Source of the DNA: a virus
DNA length: 64,000 nt
IMG/VR virus record: IMGVR_UViG_3300002026_000029
Coordinates: 26,796 to 90,795 of that record
Reading direction: 5' to 3' (one strand)
The position numbers and the translations under genes are program-made. The notes beneath the pieces were generated by a model that saw nothing but the letters and a program-made list of their open reading frames with translations, did no database searches and had not been told where the DNA came from. Within the stretch, counting starts at the first letter, position 1, and each line of letters opens with the position of its first letter. Shown piece after piece: positions 8,796 to 18,271 of this stretch.

Positions 8796-10987
8796 GATGT
8801 AGGCGTATCATCATCAGCTGATTTTGTATTGTTATAATATAATGTTTTAATACCATAATACTTAGCAAAGTATAGATCAGCGATTAGATCCTTTTGTGGG
8901 ATTTTATCTTCTGGGTATAGTTCTGGATTGTAGAATGTATTAGCACTGGTTGATTGGTCGATCCACTTTTGAGTAACAGCAACTTGGCGTAAGAAGTCTT
9001 TGGTAATTGGTCTATCAAATGAACAATCGTAGTTCTGTGATAGTTTTATTGCCTCAGGAGCTACTTGCAACATTGTATTGGTCTTACTACCTTTTATGGT
9101 AAGAAGATTGCGGATTGGATCCAAGCTACTAGTTTGATTACCTACAATAGAGCTAGACTCAGATGGTGGCACCATTGAAAGTGCTGCATTGGCTAAGCCA
9201 TGTGTTACTATTGATGTACGTAGAGATTCCCAATCTAGGGAAGTTGTAAACGGTACAAGTTCATCAACAGTTTTCTTATAGCGATCTATCGGTAAGATCC
9301 CTAATGAATAAGTAGTCTTGTGAAATAGTGGTATAGGACCGAACTCTTTAGCTACATTGTTAGAAGCTGTTAGTAGGCCAAATTGGAAATGTTCCATCCA
9401 TGTGTCGTGTAATTTAAGAGCAGCTGGAGAGCCGTAACGTACACCATTCTTAGCTAGATAGTAGGCGTGATTACTCATACCAATACCTAAGCTAGCATAT
9501 TGATCTACGAACGCGTTAGCTGCAGCTGTAGGATGATTTTGACGCGTGATAATGTTGTTCAATCCACGAACTACTACATCAGTTAAATCTGGTAAGTCTT
9601 CTAATGATACATCAGCTTGATTAATGTTTGTAAGAATACATACACCAATATCAGGTTCTAATGATAGAGTGCTTATAGGCTTAGTAGGTGATAAGAATTC
9701 TACACAGATATTACTTTGTGTAATTGGTTCTGTATATGAGCAATTGGTATTAGCTTCATCAATGTTGAGGACATAGAATACACCATTCTCAAAGCGTTCA
9801 GTTGTGAATATGTCAAGTAGATCACGTGCTGGTATCTGTGACGAGTATAGACCAGCTGCCTCTAGTTTTTCATACAAGGCAGTAAACTCAGCTACTTTGT
9901 TACTATTGAACAAAGTTATTAGTTCCTGGTGTTGACGTGGACTAAATAGGGAAATTAACGTACCAGCTTTAGCTCTGTCATAGACAAGTTGATTGAATTT
10001 AATCCCATGTTTTAGATCATTTATTCTTTTTACAACTTCAGTACGAGGTGACTTAATTGCTAGAATAGTTTCAATCTCAGGATCAAAGAAGTTTATATAC
10101 GTAACTGCTTGACCGCGTCTCCCCATTTGAGTGGATGTTTGTATATCAGCATCAATAGCACGCATCAGTGGTATTTTACCTGAATGACGTATGGCACCAC
10201 CTTTTACAGGATCGTTGATAGAGGCAACACTTGATATGTCAATTCCAATTCCAGCTCCAGCAACTGTATGCTTTATAATAGCAGATTTACCTGCTGTCCA
10301 AGAATCAATTGAGTCACCTATGTTTATAGTTATGCAGGAGGCGTAGTCACAACTAGGAGTTCGTAGGGCTTTCATCATTGGAGTTGGTAGACTTATTTTA
10401 AATGTTGACAGAGCGTTATACACTTTTGTAATGTAGATATTACGGTTTTTGTAGTCTCTAAACATATCCATAGCAATAGCCATAAACATGTGTTGTGGTG
10501 ATTCTATACACCGTCCATTATCAAATATAGCATATTTGTCTAGGAGTTGATCTAATCCAGCATGTGAAAATAGTAAGTCACGTGAGTGGTCTATAATAGT
10601 TTCAAAATAGATAAACTCTTCTTCTGAGAAGTCTTGGTAGAGCTCTTTTCTGTATAGACCACTTAAGCAGTTAATTTTAACAGCATCTCTGAATACAATC
10701 GGATCTACAGCATTGAATGCGTTAGAGTACACTTCTTGTAACAGTAGATTTGCTGCAACATAGGAATAGTTAGGAGAACGTAAAGTTATCATGTCCTTTG
10801 CTGTTTTTATCATAACCTTGTGGATTATACTTGTAGGTATGCCATCGTAGAAATGCAATTTAGCAGCTAATGCTATTTCTGATACAGAAACTCCTGATAG
10901 GCCTTCTACAGCCCATTCTAGTGAGTTATGCACTTTATCTATATCTAGGGGCTCTAGTACACCATTTCGTTTTGTTACATGTATCAT
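8768..10987 (-). CDS. nrdA: Ribonucleotide reductase class Ia alpha subunit
   Basis: N-terminal ATP cone (VTKRNG), SLPTP, ASC, QSNICVE, PSESSS, TLYY, C-terminal C..GGC.. Confidence 0.95.
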   Translation of the reverse strand: MIHVTKRNGVLEPLDIDKVHNSLEWAVEGLSGVSVSEIALAAKLHFYDGIPTSIIHKVMIKTAKDMITLRSPNYSYVAANLLLQEVYSNAFNAVDPIVFRDAVKINCLSGLYRKELYQDFSEEEFIYFETIIDHSRDLLFSHAGLDQLLDKYAIFDNGRCIESPQHMFMAIAMDMFRDYKNRNIYITKVYNALSTFKISLPTPMMKALRTPSCDYASCITINIGDSIDSWTAGKSAIIKHTVAGAGIGIDISSVASINDPVKGGAIRHSGKIPLMRAIDADIQTSTQMGRRGQAVTYINFFDPEIETILAIKSPRTEVVKRINDLKHGIKFNQLVYDRAKAGTLISLFSPRQHQELITLFNSNKVAEFTALYEKLEAAGLYSSQIPARDLLDIFTTERFENGVFYVLNIDEANTNCSYTEPITQSNICVEFLSPTKPISTLSLEPDIGVCILTNINQADVSLEDLPDLTDVVVRGLNNIITRQNHPTAAANAFVDQYASLGIGMSNHAYYLAKNGVRYGSPAALKLHDTWMEHFQFGLLTASNNVAKEFGPIPLFHKTTYSLGILPIDRYKKTVDELVPFTTSLDWESLRTSIVTHGLANAALSMVPPSESSSIVGNQTSSLDPIRNLLTIKGSKTNTMLQVAPEAIKLSQNYDCSFDRPITKDFLRQVAVTQKWIDQSTSANTFYNPELYPEDKIPQKDLIADLYFAKYYGIKTLYYNNTKSADDDTPTSCGGEGCAV

Positions 10988-11006
10988 ATAGTTCCTTTAG
11001 TATTAA

Positions 11007-11180
11007 CTAAGCTTTATCAGCTTCAACTAGTTCAGTACGCACTGCTGTGACACACTTTTTAATATCCCCTAGAAGTTTACGGATACGTCCACTTTCAGCC
11101 TTAGTAGGTTTGTTGTAGTATGCTTCCATACGGTTTGATACATCGTTGATTAGAGCTCTCATGTGTGTAAATTCGTTCAT
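11007..11180 (-). CDS. 57-aa basic helical protein, Hc1/histone-H1-like family (not in ORF track)
   Basis: Translated by hand: MNEFTHMRALINDVSNRMEAYYNKPTKAESGRIRKLLGDIKKCVTAVRTELVEADKA, with an AAGGA RBS. Confidence 0.6.
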   Translation of the reverse strand: MNEFTHMRALINDVSNRMEAYYNKPTKAESGRIRKLLGDIKKCVTAVRTELVEADKA

Positions 11181-11224
11181 ATATGAATCCTTATTTTGTG
11201 TGTTGTGTATTGTAGTGAAAATAA

Positions 11225-11417
11225 AGAGCGTACATCAGTAGTGTATTACTTCTGAGTAGAGGCCCGATGTGTAATGTAGTATAAGGCTATTTACCGTGAT
11301 GTACTACAATGGCAGGCTTATCCATTAGAGTCTCACTCTCCATGGAATAAGCCATGATATCCTAGTTTGCTGGTGATAAGTGTCACTGTTACTCTCAGTC
11401 TCCAGCCACCTGTAGTA
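11225..11417 (-). ncRNA. Candidate structured RNA (multi-stem junction) upstream of nrdAB
   Basis: Closing stem 11302-11313/11405-11417 and a long internal hairpin 11315-11353. The G-U pair works only on the minus strand. Confidence 0.4.
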
Positions 11418-11587
11418 TTATAGTCTTAGCATGACTTTACTGTAGCAACCCATCAAACTACAGTCTATATTTATATATTGGATACCAACTCTTTTAAGGT
11501 CATACATGGCTTGGACCACTAGTCTTATATACTTGTCAGTTACATCTGGATCTGTCTTCATTAGATCTGTTACTATTGTTTGTAGCA

Positions 11588-12673
11588 TTAGTATTGCTTA
11601 ATGCTATCTAAGTAATATGTTTTAACAATGTTTGTCACATACTTTTTTAACTTATCAAACTCTACATTAGCTGCACTAATAGTATGGATTTCTTCTTTGA
11701 CTACGTCATTGAGTACCCACCTTATTACTTCACCTATATGCTTTACTTCAGTAGCGTTAGTCTCACTAATAGCTTGATTAAGTCTCCACTCAGGTGTTAT
11801 TTGAGAAGCTATTAAGTCAAGCTTAATCATTTCTTCTGAGGATAAAGGATCTTGTGTTTGAGGTGTTTTAGGCTTGCCACCATGGAGTAGGCCCTTAGCT
11901 TTTAGACGATAAGTTGGATGATCACCGTGTGAAAGGCAGTATAAGTATACACCTTCACCTACATTATCTGGTTTGTTATGGTAGGTGGCGATAGGAGATG
12001 CTGCCTCTACTGTAGCTACTAACTCTTCAAGTTTAGTTACACATTGATCAGGATTGTTAAAGTCTAATACAATTGTGTAGTTTCTAAACGTAGTCATGTT
12101 ATAGATTGACACAAGTTTATCCTGTAAACTCATAGTTGATACAAGGCGAAATGAGTCGTCACTGTTATCAACGACACGTGCATACTTAAATATATATGCA
12201 CCCTTTGGTGTACCTGAACAAGCAGCATTACCTTTTTGAATATTTTCCCCAGCCCACTCACAGTCAATGACTAATGTATGGGTCTGCAAATTCAGTGTGT
12301 GTAAGTTTACAAGTGCTGTTATGATGTGAATCCAGCTGCTTTCTGTTTTAGAGACAAAAGCTGCCATACCGTTTTGATCACCTAATATAGTTCGGATGTG
12401 ATTACGTCCTTGTACCCATAACTCACCGTTAGTGTAACATACAGCCATATTCTCACCATGGAGCTTCTCAGTTCCAGTGAATGTAAGAATAGGTAGTGTT
12501 ACCTGGTATTCATTTAGTAAGATAATCTGCTCTTCTGTTGGAGGTAGTCCTAGCTCTGGATTATAACCAGCATATGCGTGTCTACCATGTTTGTCAGTAT
12601 TACGTAGTACTTCACCATATAAATTAGAAAATGATTTAGTTTCTCCAAAATGGAGATGTCTACGCAAGCTCAT
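11588..12673 (-). CDS. RNA ligase (Rnl2-like nucleotidyltransferase)
   Basis: TEKLHGEN (motif I), QGRN, DCEWAG..IQKG, GEGVY, LKAKG plus an Rnl2-like helical C-domain. Confidence 0.8.
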   Translation of the reverse strand: MSLRRHLHFGETKSFSNLYGEVLRNTDKHGRHAYAGYNPELGLPPTEEQIILLNEYQVTLPILTFTGTEKLHGENMAVCYTNGELWVQGRNHIRTILGDQNGMAAFVSKTESSWIHIITALVNLHTLNLQTHTLVIDCEWAGENIQKGNAACSGTPKGAYIFKYARVVDNSDDSFRLVSTMSLQDKLVSIYNMTTFRNYTIVLDFNNPDQCVTKLEELVATVEAASPIATYHNKPDNVGEGVYLYCLSHGDHPTYRLKAKGLLHGGKPKTPQTQDPLSSEEMIKLDLIASQITPEWRLNQAISETNATEVKHIGEVIRWVLNDVVKEEIHTISAANVEFDKLKKYVTNIVKTYYLDSIKQY

Positions 12674-13326
12674 TACTTAGCGCCTGGAAAGCCCGTTGCT
12701 TTCTTAGCTCCTGGGAAGCCTGCAGCTTTTATTGGTGCAGAACCTTTTGTAGCTGAATCAGATTGTTGTTTCTTTTTCCAAGCAGCTACTGATTCTGCAG
12801 TTAAGCCATCCTCATAACGTACTTCTGTTGCAACTGCAGTATCTTTTTCAAGACGAGTACCAATATCTTTGTTTGTAATCATCTCAGAACCTGATGCACC
12901 ATCAGACTGACGGTAGAAGCGACGAACTGATGTATCTTCTTGAATATCACCCTTATACATTCTGTAGCCAAATTGTATCCATACTTTAACAGGTACATTA
13001 GTTAATTCAGGAATACAGTTTAACTCTTTTGCACCCTTTTTAAATGTGACTGTTGTAGGTTCTGGGTCTGATAACTCATCTTCACCAACTACGGTTGCTA
13101 GAGCTTCTAAGATCTTATACCCAAATGTTGGTTGACCATTAGTTCCTAGGATATTGTTATTGTAAGCCATTAACTTGTCAAAGAAGTAGTTTACACTTAC
13201 TGCTCCGTTAGTTGTGTTTACCACTTCTACATGCTTAAGTGTTACATCGTAAATACCTGATTTAGTAATGTATCCGCTTTCACCTTCTTGTTGTACGTCG
13301 TCTTTGTTAATTATCATAAATGCCAT
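12673..13326 (-). CDS. Single-stranded DNA-binding protein (N4 gp45-like)
   Basis: SGIYDVTL pattern, flexible low-complexity C-tail, position after AAA_24 ATPase as in N4-like phages. Confidence 0.6.
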   Translation of the reverse strand: MAFMIINKDDVQQEGESGYITKSGIYDVTLKHVEVVNTTNGAVSVNYFFDKLMAYNNNILGTNGQPTFGYKILEALATVVGEDELSDPEPTTVTFKKGAKELNCIPELTNVPVKVWIQFGYRMYKGDIQEDTSVRRFYRQSDGASGSEMITNKDIGTRLEKDTAVATEVRYEDGLTAESVAAWKKKQQSDSATKGSAPIKAAGFPGAKKATGFPGAK

Positions 13327-13348
13327 TGTTTTTCCTTGTTATTTAATG

Positions 13349-14011
13349 TTATAGTAGAAAGCTTGTAGCTTCTACTTTTGAGGCTGTCAACTTTGCAATA
13401 TGCTCGTTGATATCATAGTGTGTACTATCTACAGAGTCTTCAAGACCAAGTAGTGTTGTTCGGCATGGAAATTTCATCGACTTCTGGTGTACTACATATG
13501 ATGATGATTTCTTTTCAATAAACACAGCATCATTAGTGATACTTAACCACGACCCTGATTTACCAAATTGCCCTGTTGCTGGGATTATGTGTCTAGCTGT
13601 GTCAGCATCAAATACTGTATGGGCTACAATTACAACGTTAATACCATTAGCAATTAGTACATCTTCCACATAGGCATTAAGATTTAAGGTATCTCTGTTG
13701 TTATTTTTGTGAACATCAAACCCCTTATAGTTATTATCATTAAAAGCACTCATTGCAGTGTAGAACTGTGTAACTGTGTCAATTACTACTGTTGCTGGCA
13801 GTTTCTTAAACTTATCTTGGTATACACCGAGTTTCTCGTTTATCTGACTAATTAGTGCATCTATACCATGAAATTCAGTTACATTAATGTGTGGTACTGC
13901 AAAACCATATTCCTTTCTATCCATATTTATTACTAGAGCATCTGTTATCGTAGATACTAAAGTAGATTTACCTGTATTTTCAAATCCTGAAACTAATAAT
14001 TTTATAGCCAT
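13349..14011 (-). CDS. AAA_24 / Sak4-like P-loop ATPase (N4 gp44-like)
   Basis: LVSGFENTGKST, VVIDTVT, VIVAH motifs. Confidence 0.8.
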   Translation of the reverse strand: MAIKLLVSGFENTGKSTLVSTITDALVINMDRKEYGFAVPHINVTEFHGIDALISQINEKLGVYQDKFKKLPATVVIDTVTQFYTAMSAFNDNNYKGFDVHKNNNRDTLNLNAYVEDVLIANGINVVIVAHTVFDADTARHIIPATGQFGKSGSWLSITNDAVFIEKKSSSYVVHQKSMKFPCRTTLLGLEDSVDSTHYDINEHIAKLTASKVEATSFLL

Positions 14012-14085
14012 TGATTCTCCTTATTGTGGTAACTAGCCACGTAATTGATTTGATAGTTTAGTGACATTCTCTGGTCATTGTCATG

Positions 14086-14631
14086 CTAACTGAACATACA
14101 GTTTCGTGTAATATCTATATAGCCATTAGTAGGCTTAACAAGTACTACTTCTAGTGTATGTCCACACCAGGTTGAACGCCTAGAATCGTTTGTATGATAA
14201 TCACCACCACCTGCTGAGGATGTTTCAGAGTTACATAATAATGGAATTGGATGGATTAGCCATTCATTATAGCTTTGACTTAATGCCATTATTACTTTTA
14301 AAGTATTCATGTCTATGAATGTCTTATTTGTGTGGTTAAGTATGTAATAGCCTGCATTTAGTTTGTTAAGAGCTAGCTTCTTAGACACAGCTAATTCTAT
14401 ATCTACTGAAGCTGTATCCCAGCTTAGGCTGGTCACACCTTCATCAGCTTTGTGGTAATCACATAACCATGTGACTTTTGCAGGCTTATTACGGAGTAGT
14501 GCCATAATGCTAGTGCAGTAGGTATTCTCCATGAAGCTGTGCTCCATTAACTTAGCACCATTACCAGTAGAGTGTACATCATACATTCTAGGTTTGTCAG
14601 TGGTTAAAACTGCTTGATAATACGCACCCAT
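14086..14631 (-). CDS. Conserved phage hypothetical protein
   Basis: MGAYY...KLMEHS...IHPIPLL...GGGDY pattern recalled from uncultured phages. Confidence 0.55.
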   Translation of the reverse strand: MGAYYQAVLTTDKPRMYDVHSTGNGAKLMEHSFMENTYCTSIMALLRNKPAKVTWLCDYHKADEGVTSLSWDTASVDIELAVSKKLALNKLNAGYYILNHTNKTFIDMNTLKVIMALSQSYNEWLIHPIPLLCNSETSSAGGGDYHTNDSRRSTWCGHTLEVVLVKPTNGYIDITRNCMFS

Positions 14632-15470
14632 TATTCTGGTCTTGGTACATCGTTTTTCTTCATTCTATAATCACACATAAGTAGATACTGTATGTCTTCG
14701 TAGTCATTAAAGCACTGAACGGAGTCTGCTATTAAGTTTAAGATGCCATGAATAAATTCATAAGCATTATCATCAAATGGTAATAAGAATCTTTCAGTTC
14801 TTACACCAATAGTCTTAGTTGGCTGTACTGCGTAGCATAGTTCAACTTGAGATATCTTAATACCTTTTTGATGTAGAATATAAGCGTAGGTGTATGCCTG
14901 TAATTTGTAAGCATAGGAGAAGTTTGTTGGCTTAGTACTTGCAGTCTTGTAATCACGTACAGTAAGACACCCAATAGAATTCTCCAGGGTGTCGTTAGGT
15001 GCTGTTGATGTTATTGCATCATATGTTCCACCAACGAAGATACCTGGTCTGAGTTCATGCAATATAAAGTTCTCAGTAGCTACTGTATGTGCTGGTAACA
15101 CGTAGTCTTTTATGAGTGCTTCTGCCATTGGCTTCCACAATGAGTGGATCTTACTAATATCATATTCCTCATTGTTACTGTGTGAGTCGATATACAGCTC
15201 CACTGCTTCTTGCAATGCATCACTATCGTGCTTAGTGCCACTCATCTTAGCATTAGCTATTATTTCAGCACAATGGTGTACAACGGTTCCTAGTACAGTA
15301 CTGGTAGTACCAGTGAACTTTTTAGGTCTTCCTAGTAAATTTTCATAATACCAGTTAGTCTTATCTGAAAAGAACTTCTCCACACTTGATGGTGATATCT
15401 TGAAATCTCCTGGTCTTAATAAGTCCATACCTGTATAGTAGTTTCCTACTGTGTAGTCTACTTCTTTCAT
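14631..15470 (-). CDS. PD-(D/E)XK exonuclease (Cas4/RecB-like)
   Basis: ISPSS, GTVVH, ATE, GGTYDA, DYKT, Q..TY motifs. Confidence 0.8.
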   Translation of the reverse strand: MKEVDYTVGNYYTGMDLLRPGDFKISPSSVEKFFSDKTNWYYENLLGRPKKFTGTTSTVLGTVVHHCAEIIANAKMSGTKHDSDALQEAVELYIDSHSNNEEYDISKIHSLWKPMAEALIKDYVLPAHTVATENFILHELRPGIFVGGTYDAITSTAPNDTLENSIGCLTVRDYKTASTKPTNFSYAYKLQAYTYAYILHQKGIKISQVELCYAVQPTKTIGVRTERFLLPFDDNAYEFIHGILNLIADSVQCFNDYEDIQYLLMCDYRMKKNDVPRPE

Positions 15471-15566
15471 TGTGTCTCCTCTTGGTTGATATTAAATATA
15501 CTAGTTAACGTATCTTCAATTATGGTTAGTATATAGTAATAGTATAGCCCAATATGTGAAAGTATG

Positions 15567-16076
15567 TTATCCATTTTTAATCTCTCTTATATAAATTTCA
15601 ACCCTAGGGTTGTCTTTGTCTTGTGTGCCTACATAGAACGCTTCTTTAATACAGTACAGGACATTATCATTTTTAACAGTTCCTGCCTTCTGAGCAGCAT
15701 CTAAGAAGTACTTAGACATTAGTGCTCCTACATTTAGTAGGTCACTTACCTTGCTCTTGTAGTAGTAGACGTATGCAACTTCGTACTTGCCTTTAAGTGT
15801 AAATCCAGATGCTATGAGCTTTGGTACAATTAAGTCACTGTATCTCTGCTTAACATCATTCTGAATATAGTAATGAGCAGTACGCAACCAATTCATACCA
15901 ACAAGGAATGTCTTAGGTTTCTTAGACTTGAAAGTTTGAGTGTAGTAACATGGAACACTGATGTGCAAATGTACTATATCTCGTCCAGGAGCCTTAGCAA
16001 TGTCATACACTTGTAAGGTATCGTCTAAAGTCTCTTCGATGCTTGTACCAGTCTTAACGGCTATCTTAGAGTCCAT
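15567..16076 (-). CDS. RusA-like Holliday junction resolvase
   Basis: DLLNV...K...DA....G....DN...D.DNPRVEI motif. Confidence 0.7.
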   Translation of the reverse strand: MDSKIAVKTGTSIEETLDDTLQVYDIAKAPGRDIVHLHISVPCYYTQTFKSKKPKTFLVGMNWLRTAHYYIQNDVKQRYSDLIVPKLIASGFTLKGKYEVAYVYYYKSKVSDLLNVGALMSKYFLDAAQKAGTVKNDNVLYCIKEAFYVGTQDKDNPRVEIYIREIKNG

Positions 16077-16705
16077 CAGTGTAGTACATATGCCACTGGC
16101 GTATTAGTGTAACACATAGTACAAGATTCACATGACTTCTGCCCAGAATGAGCTGTTACTGGGCATATGTAGATACCACGTTTAGTGGCTTCTGGTATAT
16201 CAGTTATGTTAATTACGTAGGAGTTTACTCCAGGCCGTTCCAGCTTTGATAAGCCTATGTTGTCTGCTGAGTATCTAACAGCTACATTAGGTAGCTCTTT
16301 AATGCGCTGTATGATAGAATGTATAGCAGGTATCTTAAAAGATCGCGTTGGTAACCAATGAGTCACGTTTGGTGTAAAGCTAATTACTTGTAATACTTTA
16401 GTGGCTAACTCAGGAGTTTCTAGATCGCCAGAGTCAAACCAACGAAAGTAGTCAAACTTACTTATTTTAGCAACCATACGGTCGGTCCAATCGGCTTTAT
16501 GGTAATCTTCGTGATTAGTCTGCCTTGCAGCTTTAACCACAGGAAATCTATACATTCCTTTAGTAGCGTAGCAGTTTTGACATACTTCTACTACAGTTCC
16601 ATCAGAGGTTTTACTTCCAGGGCAAGATTTTCGTGCTTCTAAACTCCAACATCCTACACGTTTTCCTATAATCTTCATCTTTGATGGCTTACTTATTTTT
16701 ATCAC
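16076..16705 (-). CDS. GP88-like Cys-rich (radical-SAM-like) protein
   Basis: SKM..., CPG...C..CYA.KGMY, FRWFDSGD, HWLPTR, CP....C..C..C. Confidence 0.7.
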   Translation of the reverse strand: MIKISKPSKMKIIGKRVGCWSLEARKSCPGSKTSDGTVVEVCQNCYATKGMYRFPVVKAARQTNHEDYHKADWTDRMVAKISKFDYFRWFDSGDLETPELATKVLQVISFTPNVTHWLPTRSFKIPAIHSIIQRIKELPNVAVRYSADNIGLSKLERPGVNSYVINITDIPEATKRGIYICPVTAHSGQKSCESCTMCYTNTPVAYVLH

Positions 16706-16940
16706 TTAATACCCTTAATGTATAAATACCTTTCATTAGTTTATCTCTAGTGGTACCAAGGTTTTCACGTAAAAATATATTACGGTACTTACCTGTAGTA
16801 GCACTGTAGTTCCATGCTTTGTGTAATACGATACCAGTAGGTGTCTTGGATACTATTGGTGTATCATAACTAAATAGTGTAGATGTTTCACCATCGTGAA
16901 CAATAATTTGGTTTACTTTTAATGTCTCAATTTTTACCAT
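16689..16940 (-). CDS. Conserved phage hypothetical protein
   Basis: FSYDT.I...WNYSATTGKYRN.FL motif. Confidence 0.55.
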   Translation of the reverse strand: MVKIETLKVNQIIVHDGETSTLFSYDTPIVSKTPTGIVLHKAWNYSATTGKYRNIFLRENLGTTRDKLMKGIYTLRVLSDKNK

Positions 16941-17335
16941 AATGTTTATCCTCCGTTTTATCCCAGTAGGCCAAACAGACGCTATCAGTTTCCATATAGC
17001 CTTGTGTGCTAAAGAAGAACATACGAATCTCTTCTAGCTCTTCTTGTGTTAAGTCTTCTAACTTCTTCTTAATGTTATACATTATTATCCTTTAAATTCA
17101 TCTACTAGATACTTCACTAAACGATCTACGTCGTTAATAGTAAAGCACCCATACATGTATTGTTTGTTGCTGAGAATACTTTGAAAGGTTACTTCTCTCA
17201 GCTATAAGTTTAACCAGGTAGTTTCTTTCTGCTTTACGTAACTAACAAATGATGGTGTAACAGTTTATATTTAGGGTCAATCATGATACAATGGACGACC
17301 ACATAGAGCCCTACTAATAGAACTCTAGTGATTGT

Positions 17336-18256
17336 CTATATGGCAGTTAGTACTGTAGACTGTAATCTGCTAAGTGGCATACTATGATCCCAGAAGTTAT
17401 TTATACTATAAACTAGGTCTGTAATATAGTCCTTAGAAGCACCTAATTCCTTTGCTAAAGAGATAGCACCTAAGAGTCGGTTAGTACCAACTCCAGGAGG
17501 TGACTCATATGCAAAGTTAAATGTTTGCATTGGAGATGCTAATTGAGATACAGCACTACCAGAGGAGATAATTGCTTGTCGCTTATCTTCGATAGCTGCA
17601 GCCTGCATTTGAGCAATTTTAAGGTACATAGAAGGGTCTAATGGCATCTTGTCTATAGTAGAATATACATTTCTGTTTGCGTAGCTGTAGTACACCTGTG
17701 AGCGTCCTAGCGAGTCTACTTTAAGTCCAAATTGATTTCCTATAGCACGTATAAATGGCTTCCATAATTCTTCAGATACCTGTACTGAACGTGACAGTTC
17801 TATGAAGATTCTGTACTTATACGCATTATCAGGATTGGAAGTTCTAGCAATGTGATGGTTTGTTGTATGAAGCACTTTATGCATTTCCTGATCAGTTAAT
17901 GAGGTTGTATCAATATCTAAGCAGACCCAGGAGATATCAGGGAATAAGTTACTCTTACCACGTATTAGCCCATATGCATGTGGATGTTTTGTAGTGTCAT
18001 ATATAGCACCTTCGAGTGCAGACTTATATCTAAATGGTGTGAAGCCATAATCACCTGAGAGAATGTTTGCTAAAGCACTGAAGGATTGTTTACTATAAGA
18101 GAATCCATAGACAGCATTCCAGCTTACCTGAGCTTTTAAATTACTTATTATATCATGTGACTTATTTAATGTGATGGCTTGCTGAAGGGCGGAATTATCT
18201 ACAGGTATAAAAGATATTCCATGACGCGCATAGTGTGTAGTGGGAGTACCATCCAT
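17336..18256 (-). CDS. Primase, AEP-type domain (C-terminal half of N4 gp43-like protein)
   Basis: VCLDID, ARTS, KYRIFI, VD...RSQ and PriCT-like tail; own AGGAG RBS. Confidence 0.7.
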   Translation of the reverse strand: MDGTPTTHYARHGISFIPVDNSALQQAITLNKSHDIISNLKAQVSWNAVYGFSYSKQSFSALANILSGDYGFTPFRYKSALEGAIYDTTKHPHAYGLIRGKSNLFPDISWVCLDIDTTSLTDQEMHKVLHTTNHHIARTSNPDNAYKYRIFIELSRSVQVSEELWKPFIRAIGNQFGLKVDSLGRSQVYYSYANRNVYSTIDKMPLDPSMYLKIAQMQAAAIEDKRQAIISSGSAVSQLASPMQTFNFAYESPPGVGTNRLLGAISLAKELGASKDYITDLVYSINNFWDHSMPLSRLQSTVLTAI

Positions 18257-18271
18257 ATAAGCTCCTATTGA

